From an uncultured Actinomycetota bacterium (GTDB lineage Bacteria; Actinomycetota; Thermoleophilia; RBG-16-64-13), in contig CAWAOX010000014.1 in assembly GCA_963783835.1 (NCBI GenBank), forward strand, positions 238,614 through 302,613: a DNA stretch of 64,000 nt, in the 5' to 3' direction. Below are positions 56,752 through 64,000 of this stretch, piece after piece. The notes beneath the pieces are model-generated. The model made no database searches. It was not told where the DNA came from and saw nothing but the letters and a program-made list of their open reading frames with translations. The position numbers and the translations under genes were made by a program. Position 1 is the stretch's first letter. Every line of letters begins with the position of its first letter.

Positions 56752-57066
56752 GTGGCGGCGACGAGTAACGACCCGGTCATCAAGCACTACCGGGAACAGA
56801 TATCCGACAACGACGTCAAGCTCCTGGAAGCTCTCAACAAGCGTGTGAAACTGGTGAAGAGCCTCAAGGACTACAAGGATGCTCAGGGCCTCAGCTTCTA
56901 CGACGCGGCCCAGGAGGACTGGGTGATCACCTACCTCTGCAGGGCCAACCGGGGCCCGCTCTCCAACGAGGGACTGCGGGAGATCTACAGTCTCATCCTG
57001 CAGGTGGCGAAGCGGGAGGCCGCGGCGCTGAGCGAGAAAGACCGGTCCGAGGCGCCCCAGTCCTAA
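56752..57066 (+). CDS. AroQ-class chorismate mutase
   Basis: 'IKHYREQISDNDVKLLEALNKRVKLV' matches the AroQ N-terminal helix motif; GTG start with GAAGGAGG SD; longer ORF frame from 56416 unsupported. Confidence 0.7.
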   Translation: MAATSNDPVIKHYREQISDNDVKLLEALNKRVKLVKSLKDYKDAQGLSFYDAAQEDWVITYLCRANRGPLSNEGLREIYSLILQVAKREAAALSEKDRSEAPQS

Positions 57067-57118
57067 GGGGCCGCTGAAGAACGAAGCCCCGGCCGCCAGA
57101 GCGCCCTGCGCGGCGCCT

Positions 57119-57610
57119 CTACTCGGAGAAATCCTCGGGCGACACTCCGTCGAGGAAGTCCTTGAACTCCTTGACGATCTCCTCGACGTTCTCCATCTCC
57201 TGGTCGAACTCGATGCCGTTCGCGTCCAGCAGGCCCTCCGAGGCGAAGATGGGGGCATCGGTGCGGACGGCGAGGGCGATGGCGTCGGAAGGCCGCGAGT
57301 CCACGTGTATCTCCTGGCCGCCGGCGTCGAGTCTCAGTACGGCGTAGAACGTGTTGTCGCGGAGTTCGGTGACGAGCACGCTGCTGACGCTTGCCTGGAG
57401 TTGGTCTATGACGTTGGCCAGAAGGTCGTGGGTCATGGGCCGGGGCAGATCGGCGTTCTGCAGCTTCATGAGAATGGCGGCAGCCTCGGGGTGGCCGATC
57501 CATATGGGCAGGAACAGGTTGCGGCCGTCCACCTTGAGAAGGACGATCGGCTGCTTGCTCGCCGCATCGAAACTGACGCCGTAGACAGTGACTCGTTCGA
57601 AGCCTTGCAT
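57119..57610 (-). CDS. bifunctional nuclease (DUF151/BFN domain) family protein
   Basis: 'LLKVDGRNLFLPIWIGHPEAAAILMKLQNADLPRPMTHDLL' matches the BFN family pattern. Confidence 0.75.
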   Translation of the reverse strand: MQGFERVTVYGVSFDAASKQPIVLLKVDGRNLFLPIWIGHPEAAAILMKLQNADLPRPMTHDLLANVIDQLQASVSSVLVTELRDNTFYAVLRLDAGGQEIHVDSRPSDAIALAVRTDAPIFASEGLLDANGIEFDQEMENVEEIVKEFKDFLDGVSPEDFSE

Positions 57611-57698
57611 CGCGTCCTCGCTTGGTCTAATCGTGCTCTAGCTTATACCCAAGTGCCTGTCTCGTCATCGTGCGGATGCGGTAAACTACCGCGGGCGT

Positions 57699-57775
57699 GG
57701 GCCTATAGCTCAGTTGGTTAGAGCGCATCCCTGATAAGGATGAGGTCAGTGGTTCGAATCCACTTAGGCCCACCA
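57699..57775 (+). tRNA. tRNA-Ile (anticodon GAT)
   Basis: GGGCCTATAGCTCAGTTGGTTAGAGCGCATCCCTGATAAGGATGAGGTCAGTGGTTCGAATCCACTTAGGCCCACCA; 7-bp acceptor stem, anticodon loop CTGATAA. Confidence 0.85.
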
Positions 57776-57812
57776 TGACTTCCCAGCGGCACATGCCGGT
57801 ATGTCTCCAGTG

Positions 57813-57888
57813 GGGGGATTAGCTCAGTTGGGAGAGCGCCGCCTTTGCACGGCGGAGGTCGCCGGTTCGACCCCGGTATCCTCCACCT
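57813..57888 (+). tRNA. tRNA-Ala (anticodon TGC) with G3:U70 identity pair
   Basis: GGGGGATTAGCTCAGTTGGGAGAGCGCCGCCTTTGCACGGCGGAGGTCGCCGGTTCGACCCCGGTATCCTCCACC; acceptor GGGGGAT/ATCCTCC with G3:U70. Confidence 0.85.
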
Positions 57889-57922
57889 TCCCCGCCGACA
57901 GCGCGAGTTTCGGGAGGTGGCC

Positions 57923-58348
57923 ATGGTCTTCACCCGCATAGTGGTACTCACCGACGGCACCGAAGCCTCCCTCCGGGGGCTGGCGGTCGCCACGGAGTGG
58001 GCGGCCCGCCATACCGTCGAACTCATGGTAGTCACCGCCGTTTCGGTACCGGATTGGGTCGCCCGGCAGAGCATGGAACCTGGGGCCATCGAAGCGTACG
58101 TGGAGGCGACCGCGCACAAAAGTCTCGAGGAGCCCGTCGCCCTCCTTCGCCGCCAAGGAGTGGGTGCCGAGGTGAAAGTGGTGGTCGGCCCGATCCCGGA
58201 GAGCATCCTCATGGAGATAGAAGACCGCGGCGTGGACCTCATCGTAATGGGTCGCCGGGGCCGGGACGAGCCCAAGGATTTCCTGCTTGGCAGCGTGAGC
58301 GACCGGGTGGCGCGGCACGTGAAGGTGCCGATCATGCTCGTACCCTGA
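57923..58348 (+). CDS. universal stress protein (UspA family)
   Basis: 'RIVVLTDGTEAS...', 'VDLIVMGRRGRDEPKDFLLGSVSDRVARHVKVPIMLV'; ATG with GGGAGGTGG SD. Confidence 0.8.
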   Translation: MVFTRIVVLTDGTEASLRGLAVATEWAARHTVELMVVTAVSVPDWVARQSMEPGAIEAYVEATAHKSLEEPVALLRRQGVGAEVKVVVGPIPESILMEIEDRGVDLIVMGRRGRDEPKDFLLGSVSDRVARHVKVPIMLVP

Positions 58349-58464
58349 CCTTCCTCTCCTAGCGGACACGTCCGCTTTTAGCAGACTCTCTGATTTCAAT
58401 ACTCAGATTCAGCAATAACTATTGCAAAATGTGTGCAGTTGTCCTACACTGCAATCGATACTAC

Positions 58465-59415
58465 ATGGCAACAATGCGCACAGCCCTGGGTCGCCGTCTC
58501 ACCGAGCAGCGAAAGGCTCGGGCAAGACTACCCCTCCTGACCCTGATCGCCCTCTTCTGTCTGCCTCTTGCCGGCATCCGCTCCGCCCCGATCTGGATCT
58601 GCTATGTCGCGCTCGTCCTCCTGTATTCGCTCTGGGGATTACGACTCTCCGCCCAGTTCCCTCATGACCGGCGGCTCGGCTATCTGCTGTGCCTAACCGA
58701 TTTCGCCGTTCTCCTGCCCCTACTCGTCTGGAGTAGCAGCGCCGCCGTGCAGATCGTCCTCGTGATTATCTGCGGGGCCGGGTTGGCGGTCACGTACTTC
58801 GGCGGAAGAGCCGACCGGGAGGCGGCGCGCCGCGCATTCTCGCACGCGGCTCTCGCCGACCGGCCTCTCGGCACGAGCACGATCGAGACAGGCTCGGGCT
58901 CGCCGCTGGAGCGAGCGGTGCGGTTGCGCCTGGCGGTCTTCCGGGCGACCGGCTCGCGGTTTGGCCTTGTCGTCCTGCGCGTGCTGCGCTTCGAAGAGGC
59001 GGCCTCCTACTACGGCGAGGAGAGTTCGCAACGGATACTAGCGGCGGTCGGGCGGCGGGGACTGCGTCTTCTGGGGCCCGACGCACAGCACTTCCTGCTC
59101 CCCGGGGGGAGGGTGGCATTCCTGTTCGAGATCGAGTCGCGCCGGACGGAGAACGCGAGTGACCATGCGGGTATCGCATGGGACCCCGCCGATATCGAGG
59201 GGCTGGGGATGTCTTTGGGGCGCAAGGCCTGCGAACACCTCGTGGATGGGCACAGGGTGGAATGCGTCGTCGGCTGGGCGTCGGCCCCGGCCGACGGGCT
59301 CAACGCCGACGATCTGATGTACGTCGCCGAGGCCGGAGCGCAGAGCACCGCGGCCTTCCGCCGCGCAGGTGGCCAGGTGACCGTCCCGGAACGGGCCCGG
59401 GTGGCGGCCGGGTAG
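58465..59415 (+). CDS. membrane protein (3-4 TM) with C-terminal degenerate GGDEF-like domain (GGRVA in place of GGDEF)
   Basis: TM helices 'LLTLIALFCLPLAGI', 'IWICYVALVLLYSLWGL', 'AVLLPLLVW', 'IVLVIICGAGLAV'; 'LVVLRVLRFEEAASYYGEES...LLPGGRVAFLFE...ADDLMYVAEAG' aligns with a GGDEF domain but catalytic residues are replaced; AT-rich upstream region. Confidence 0.5.
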   Translation: MATMRTALGRRLTEQRKARARLPLLTLIALFCLPLAGIRSAPIWICYVALVLLYSLWGLRLSAQFPHDRRLGYLLCLTDFAVLLPLLVWSSSAAVQIVLVIICGAGLAVTYFGGRADREAARRAFSHAALADRPLGTSTIETGSGSPLERAVRLRLAVFRATGSRFGLVVLRVLRFEEAASYYGEESSQRILAAVGRRGLRLLGPDAQHFLLPGGRVAFLFEIESRRTENASDHAGIAWDPADIEGLGMSLGRKACEHLVDGHRVECVVGWASAPADGLNADDLMYVAEAGAQSTAAFRRAGGQVTVPERARVAAG

Positions 59416-59434
59416 GTCGCCCTGCGCCCCGCAG

Positions 59435-60421
59435 GTGGCGACCAGACCCGGCGGGGCCTGTGGTACATTTCCCCCCGTGGACCGCGAGACCCTCAAGACA
59501 AAGACCATCGGCGTGCTCATGGGCGGCCTGTCCGGCGAACGCGAGGTGTCGCTCCGGTCCGGCCGCAACTGCCTCGGCGCCCTTCTCGCGAGCGGCTACC
59601 GAGCTGTGGCGATCGACGCCCTCCAAGACGTTGGCCGCCGCATCGAAGACGCAGGTGTGGAAGTCGCCTTCCTGGCTCTGCACGGCCGTTATGGGGAAGA
59701 CGGGACCATCCAGGGCCTGCTTGAGGTGATGGGCGTCCCCTACACCGGCTCCGGTGTGCTCGCTTCGGCTCTCGGCATGAACAAGGTGGCCGCCAAGAAA
59801 GTCGTCGCCGGGAGCGGATTGCCGACCCCCGACTACTGCGAAGTCGCGCCCGACGAGAGCGCAGCCGCGGCCGCCGGCCGGATCGAGGCCCGACTGGGGT
59901 TGCCGGTCATGCTCAAGCCCGAGCAAGAGGGATCAAGCCTGGGCGTCTCCAAGTGCAAGACGGCCGAACAGCTGGAGAGCTGCATCGAGGCTGGTCGGGC
60001 CGAGTTCGGGAAGATGTTCGCCGAGCGGTTCGTCGCCGGCGCCGAGATCACCGTGGGCGTGATCGAACGAGAAGGACGTCTGGAAGCCCTTCCCATCCTG
60101 GAACTGGTGCCGAAGAACGAGTTCTACGACTACCACGCCAAGTACACGGAGGGGATGACCGAGTTCATCCTTCCCGCCCGGCTGGAGCCCAAAGTCTACG
60201 CCGAGGCCCAGCGCGCGGCCGTCGCCGTCTTTGCCGCTATCGGCTGCCGCGGGTATTCGCGCGTCGACATGATGGTCGATCAGGCGGGGGTCCCCTGGTT
60301 CGTAGAAGTGAACACGCTGCCGGGCATGACCGAGCTGTCGGACCTGCCCGCGCAGGCCCGGGCGGCCGGCATCTCGTACGAGGAGCTCGTGGAGACGATC
60401 CTGCTCACCGCCGGCGTCTGA
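59435..60421 (+). CDS. ddl: D-alanine--D-alanine ligase
   Basis: 'IGVLMGGLSGEREVSLRSG', 'LHGRYGEDGTIQGLLEVMGVPYTGSGV', ATP-grasp 'VMLKPEQEGSSLGV', 'RVDMMVD...FVEVNTLPGMT'. Confidence 0.85.
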   Translation: MATRPGGACGTFPPVDRETLKTKTIGVLMGGLSGEREVSLRSGRNCLGALLASGYRAVAIDALQDVGRRIEDAGVEVAFLALHGRYGEDGTIQGLLEVMGVPYTGSGVLASALGMNKVAAKKVVAGSGLPTPDYCEVAPDESAAAAAGRIEARLGLPVMLKPEQEGSSLGVSKCKTAEQLESCIEAGRAEFGKMFAERFVAGAEITVGVIEREGRLEALPILELVPKNEFYDYHAKYTEGMTEFILPARLEPKVYAEAQRAAVAVFAAIGCRGYSRVDMMVDQAGVPWFVEVNTLPGMTELSDLPAQARAAGISYEELVETILLTAGV

Positions 60422-60428
60422 CACCGGC

Positions 60429-61331
60429 ATGGGCGGAGCGCAAACGGGCGACGGGGACCCGGCGCAAGAGAGAAGCGCGGAGCCGGTGGGCGAGTCGGGC
60501 CCCGAGCCGGGCTGGGTCGACGCCCACGTGCACGTCTTTCCCCCCGAGATGATCGAGCGGCGGGAGGCATATCTTTCCCGGGACGACCGGTTTGCCGCCT
60601 TGTACAGTTCTCCGCGCGCCCGCATGGCGACCGCGGGTGAAGTGGTGGCCCACATGGACGAGACCGGAGTGGCGCAGTCGATCGTCTTCGGCTTCCCTTT
60701 TGAAGATGAGGGCCTCTGCCGGGCGGTCAACGACTACGTGCTCGGCGCGGCGGCTGAGTGGCCGGACCGGCTCGCCGGTCTCGCCTGCGTATCGCCGGGG
60801 AAACCGGGAGATGTCGGTGAGCTGGAACGCTGTCTGGACGCCGGGATGCGGGGTTGCGGAGAGCTGGCCCCGGGCGGCGCGCCCGACGATCTCGACAGCC
60901 TGGCGGGATTGGCAGGGGTACTCCGAGAGCGGGGATTGCCGCTACTGCTCCACGCCAACGAACCCGTCGGGCACGAGTATCCTGGGAAGAGGGGCTTCGG
61001 TCCCGCGGCGTGCGTCGCCTGTGCTACCGCCAACCCCGGGCTGAAACTGGTGTTCGCTCATATGGGCGGGGGCGCCTTCCTCTACGAGGCCATGCCAGAG
61101 CTGCGGCAGGTCCTGGCCGACGCCTACTACGACACCTCGGCGGTACCGTATCTCTACGACGCCGGGATCTATCGGGCGGTCGAGGCGACTGCGGGGGCGC
61201 ACAAGCTGCTTTTCGGGAGTGACTACGCTCTGCTCTCGCCCGCGCGCTACCGCGAGGGCCTGGACGCGCTGTCTCCGGCGGCGCGAGCGGCTATCTGTGG
61301 CGACAACGCACGAAAGGTCTTCAAGCTATGA
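60429..61331 (+). CDS. amidohydrolase-2 family TIM-barrel metal-dependent hydrolase
   Basis: 'WVDAHVHVFPPE' metal-binding HxH, 'LLLHANEP', 'FAHMGGG', 'LLFGSDY'. Confidence 0.7.
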   Translation: MGGAQTGDGDPAQERSAEPVGESGPEPGWVDAHVHVFPPEMIERREAYLSRDDRFAALYSSPRARMATAGEVVAHMDETGVAQSIVFGFPFEDEGLCRAVNDYVLGAAAEWPDRLAGLACVSPGKPGDVGELERCLDAGMRGCGELAPGGAPDDLDSLAGLAGVLRERGLPLLLHANEPVGHEYPGKRGFGPAACVACATANPGLKLVFAHMGGGAFLYEAMPELRQVLADAYYDTSAVPYLYDAGIYRAVEATAGAHKLLFGSDYALLSPARYREGLDALSPAARAAICGDNARKVFKL

Positions 61332-62227
61332 GCCAGGCGGCCAATCACAGTCACGACTTGCGCCGGTTGCTCGAGGCGCTGCTGTCCGGCGACCTGGGCC
61401 TGGACGACGTCCTCCAGAAGTTGCGGCTGCTGCAGGTGACGCAACTGGGCGAGTTCGCCCGGTTGGACCTGAACCGCGACCTCCGCAAGGGAGTGCCCGA
61501 GGTGGTCTACGCGCCCCGCAAACGCGATGCGGACCTCGAGGCGATCGTGCGGCGTTTCCTCGCGGATAGGGGCCTCGCCCTGGTCAGCCGGCTGGAACCG
61601 GACCGGGCGGAACGGTTGCGGCAGGCTCTGACCGGCCGGACCGCGGGCGTGGAAGTCACGAGCGGCGCGGGCAGCGCGCCGCCTGGCGCGGCGGGGCTTG
61701 GCGAGGCGGCGACGCCCGCGCCGCTGGCCGGGCCCGTCCAGAATCTGACCTTCGCCTACGATTTCACCGCCGCGGTGCTGGCCGCGTACACGCCGGCCTA
61801 CCGAGCCCCAGAGCCCCACGGCTGTGTGGGTCTGCTTACCGCCGGCACGTCCGATATCCCCGTGGCCGAAGAAGCCGCTCTGGTGATCACCCACATGGGG
61901 TGCCGGGTGGAGCGCGGCTACGACACGGGGGTCGCCGGAGTCCACCGTCTGCTCGAGCCGCTCACCCGGATGATCGAGAGTGGCGTCGACGTGCTTGTGG
62001 TAGCGGCCGGGATGGAAGGCGCACTGCCGTCGGTCGTCGCCGGGCTGGTCGACGTGCCCGTCATCGGGGTCCCTACCTCCACCGGGTACGGGCTGGGAGG
62101 AGACGGGACTGCCGCGCTCTATTCGATCCTGCAGAGTTGCTCGCCCGGGCTCGTCGCCGTGAACATCGACAACGGCGTGGGAGCGGGCGCCGCAGCGGCG
62201 CTCATCGCGCGGCGCCGCCGCGAGTAG
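61328..62227 (+). CDS. larB: nickel-pincer cofactor biosynthesis protein LarB (PurE-like carboxylase/hydrolase)
   Basis: LarB-type N-terminal region 'LRLLQVTQLGEFARLDLNRDLRKGVPEVVYAPRK' plus PurE-like 'VGLLTAGTSDIPVAEEA...VLVVAAGMEGALPSVVAGLVDVPVIGVPTS'; ATGA overlap with preceding gene. Confidence 0.7.
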   Translation: MSQAANHSHDLRRLLEALLSGDLGLDDVLQKLRLLQVTQLGEFARLDLNRDLRKGVPEVVYAPRKRDADLEAIVRRFLADRGLALVSRLEPDRAERLRQALTGRTAGVEVTSGAGSAPPGAAGLGEAATPAPLAGPVQNLTFAYDFTAAVLAAYTPAYRAPEPHGCVGLLTAGTSDIPVAEEAALVITHMGCRVERGYDTGVAGVHRLLEPLTRMIESGVDVLVVAAGMEGALPSVVAGLVDVPVIGVPTSTGYGLGGDGTAALYSILQSCSPGLVAVNIDNGVGAGAAAALIARRRRE

Positions 62228-63397
62228 CTAGCCGGCAGCCGGTCGGGCCGGAGCGAAAGGCTCCGGCGGCGAGGCGCGAAGACCGAAGTGGAACTCGAGG
62301 TGGTCGGCGATGCGCTCGGCCGCGTGGCCGTCTCCGTAGGGGTTGACCGCCTGCGCCATGCGGTCATAGGCTGATCGGTCGCTCAAGAGCGCGAGCAACT
62401 CCGAGGCGATCGCGTCAGTCTCTGTGCCCACCAGTAACGCCGTCCCCGCGGCCAGGCCCTCGGGCCGTTCCGTCGTGTCCCGCATCACCAGCACGGGCTT
62501 ACCCAGGGAAGGCGCTTCCTCCTGCAGCCCACCGGAATCGGTGATGACCAGGTCGACGGCCTTCATCAGGTGGACGAAGGGCAGGTACGGAAGCGGCTCG
62601 CAGAAGACCACTTGGCCGATGGATCCCAGTACTTCCTTGAAGGTCTTCCGCACTACCGGATTCAGGTGGATGGGGAAGACGAAGGTGACGGAAGGCATCT
62701 GCGCGCACGCGCGCTCTATCGCCCGGGCCACCTGCTCCATGGGCACGCCCCAACTCTCCCGCCGGTGAACGGTGACCAGGACCTTCGGCCCCGGCCGGCC
62801 AAGGGCCTCGGCCAGGGGGGGCTCCAGCGGCGGCGCCGGCATGCCGGCGGTGGCCAGCAAGGCGTCGATGACCGTGTTGCCGGTGACGATCAGGTTCTGT
62901 TCGGCGATGCCCTCAGCCCGCAACGCCTCGGCGGCAGCCGCGGTCGGGGCGTAGTGGATCAGGGCGAGGCGATCGGCGAGGCGGCGGTTGATCTCCTCCG
63001 GGTAGGGACTGTAGATGTCGTTGGTACGCAGCCCGGCCTCGACGTGGGCGACCGGTATCATCCGGTAGAAGGCGGCCAGGGCGGCGGCGAAGGTGGTGGT
63101 GGTGTCGCCGTGGACCAGCACCATGTCGGGCCGAGCGGCCCGGAGCACCGGGTCGATGCCCGTGAGTACGGCCGACGTTATGTGGCCCAGACTCTGCCTG
63201 TCCCGCATGATCCGCAGGTCGTGGTCCACCGGGAGGGAGAATGTGTCGACCACCTGGTCGAGCATCTCCCGGTGCTGTCCGGTGAGACACACGAATACCT
63301 CGAACCGCCCGCGGCGCCGGAGTTCCAGCACCACGGGAGCCATCTTGATCGCCTCCGGCCGGGTACCGAAGGCGATGAATACGGAGGGACGGGACAC
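62228..63397 (-). CDS. wecB: UDP-N-acetylglucosamine 2-epimerase (non-hydrolysing)
   Basis: 'FGTRPEAIKMAPV', 'TGQHREML', 'VLVHGDTTTTFA', 'ITDSGGLQEEAPSLGKPVLVMRDTTERPE'. Confidence 0.85.
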   Translation of the reverse strand: MSRPSVFIAFGTRPEAIKMAPVVLELRRRGRFEVFVCLTGQHREMLDQVVDTFSLPVDHDLRIMRDRQSLGHITSAVLTGIDPVLRAARPDMVLVHGDTTTTFAAALAAFYRMIPVAHVEAGLRTNDIYSPYPEEINRRLADRLALIHYAPTAAAAEALRAEGIAEQNLIVTGNTVIDALLATAGMPAPPLEPPLAEALGRPGPKVLVTVHRRESWGVPMEQVARAIERACAQMPSVTFVFPIHLNPVVRKTFKEVLGSIGQVVFCEPLPYLPFVHLMKAVDLVITDSGGLQEEAPSLGKPVLVMRDTTERPEGLAAGTALLVGTETDAIASELLALLSDRSAYDRMAQAVNPYGDGHAAERIADHLEFHFGLRASPPEPFAPARPAAG

Positions 63398-63533
63398 GCT
63401 GATCGGCGCTCCTTGGGTGGACGGTCTCCTTGGCTCGACTCTAGCCGAGGGCTAGTGGAAACGCAAACCCCAGCCTATTCCGATAGAATTCGGAGAACTG
63501 GGCTAGTGGCGGGAGTTGCCAAAGGATGGTGCG

Positions 63534-64000
63534 TTGAGCCGCATTCTTGATGACCGGGGCCGGTTGTTCGGCAAGGTCAATATCGTGGACCTCGTGGTGC
63601 TGTTGGTCATAGCGGCCGTGGTGGTGTTCGCCGCCGTCCGTCTGACCGGCGGCGGCGCCGTCGAGACCGTCCCGGTGAGGGTCACCTTCATCGACGCTCG
63701 GGTCGACAACGCGCTTGTCGCAGGACTGCAGACAAAGGGCACCGTCAAAGACCTGGGGGGCAGCGTCATCGGCGAGGTGCAGAGCGTGCAGGTGACCCCC
63801 AGCGTGGAGGAGCTCTTGACCACGGGGGGAGAGTTCAAGACGTTCGCATCCGCGACCCAAAGCGATGTGACGTTCGTGGTGCTGGGTGAGGGCACCATCT
63901 CCGACTCGACGGTGCATATCGGCCGAGTGGCGGCTCGGGTAGGGGCCGAGGTCAAGCTCATCGGGCCGGGCTACGAGGCCCAGACGACGATAGCAGAGGT
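63534..64000 (+). CDS. DUF4330-family protein, N-terminally membrane-anchored (partial, runs off window end)
   Basis: TTG start with AAAGGATGG SD; 'ILDDRGRLFGKVNIVDLVVLLVIAAVVVFAAVRL' TM, then beta-rich region; absent from ORF track because truncated. Confidence 0.45.
   Translation, partial: MSRILDDRGRLFGKVNIVDLVVLLVIAAVVVFAAVRLTGGGAVETVPVRVTFIDARVDNALVAGLQTKGTVKDLGGSVIGEVQSVQVTPSVEELLTTGGEFKTFASATQSDVTFVVLGEGTISDSTVHIGRVAARVGAEVKLIGPGYEAQTTIAE

Overview
This is a high-GC (~68%) chromosomal window with actinobacterial-type synteny, centred on the replication origin. It is core genome, with no CRISPR arrays, transposases, integrases or phage genes.

The minus strand carries the classic origin-proximal block rpmH-rnpA-yidD-yidC-jag-mnmE-[divergent FAD protein]-mnmG-rsmG-parA-parB. 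The plus strand carries dnaA-dnaN-[S4 protein]-recF-dciA(DUF721)-gyrB-gyrA, followed by a tRNA-Ile/tRNA-Ala pair. DnaA-box clusters with AT-rich unwinding elements lie in both the rpmH-dnaA and dnaA-dnaN intergenic regions.

The most unusual element is a GHKL-ATPase/winged-HTH fusion gene (43439..44113) lying between the upstream DnaA-box cluster and dnaA, apparently as the first gene of the dnaA operon.

Other coding content:
- a DnaQ-exonuclease/GIY-YIG fusion nuclease and moeA
- a membrane protein with a degenerate M28-like ectodomain and corA
- a CocE/NonD hydrolase translationally coupled to a ~1035-aa YdiJ-like FAD/Fe-S oxidoreductase
- a fused operon of two-subunit class I fumarase and sdhCDAB
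- trpS, a cupin, a 2-hydroxyacid dehydrogenase, a DUF72 protein and trpB2
- an alpha-glucan-type operon (GT4 + two GH57 + SAM hydroxide adenosyltransferase + extended RlmN)
- cobO next to an orphan Roadblock/LC7 pair and a SIMPL lipoprotein
- a cytochrome c, a YugP protease, a doubly degenerate CbiA/CobB-like protein and a chorismate mutase
- a bifunctional nuclease, a USP, a membrane protein with a degenerate GGDEF domain, ddl, an amidohydrolase, larB, wecB and a partial DUF4330 gene

Other signals worth a second look are a divergent MnmG/TrmFO-like FAD protein wedged between mnmE and mnmG, a pronounced low-GC segment covering the yidC core, and several long perfect inverted repeats between convergent genes. 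All calls rest on motif-level reading of the provided translations; no database searches were run.
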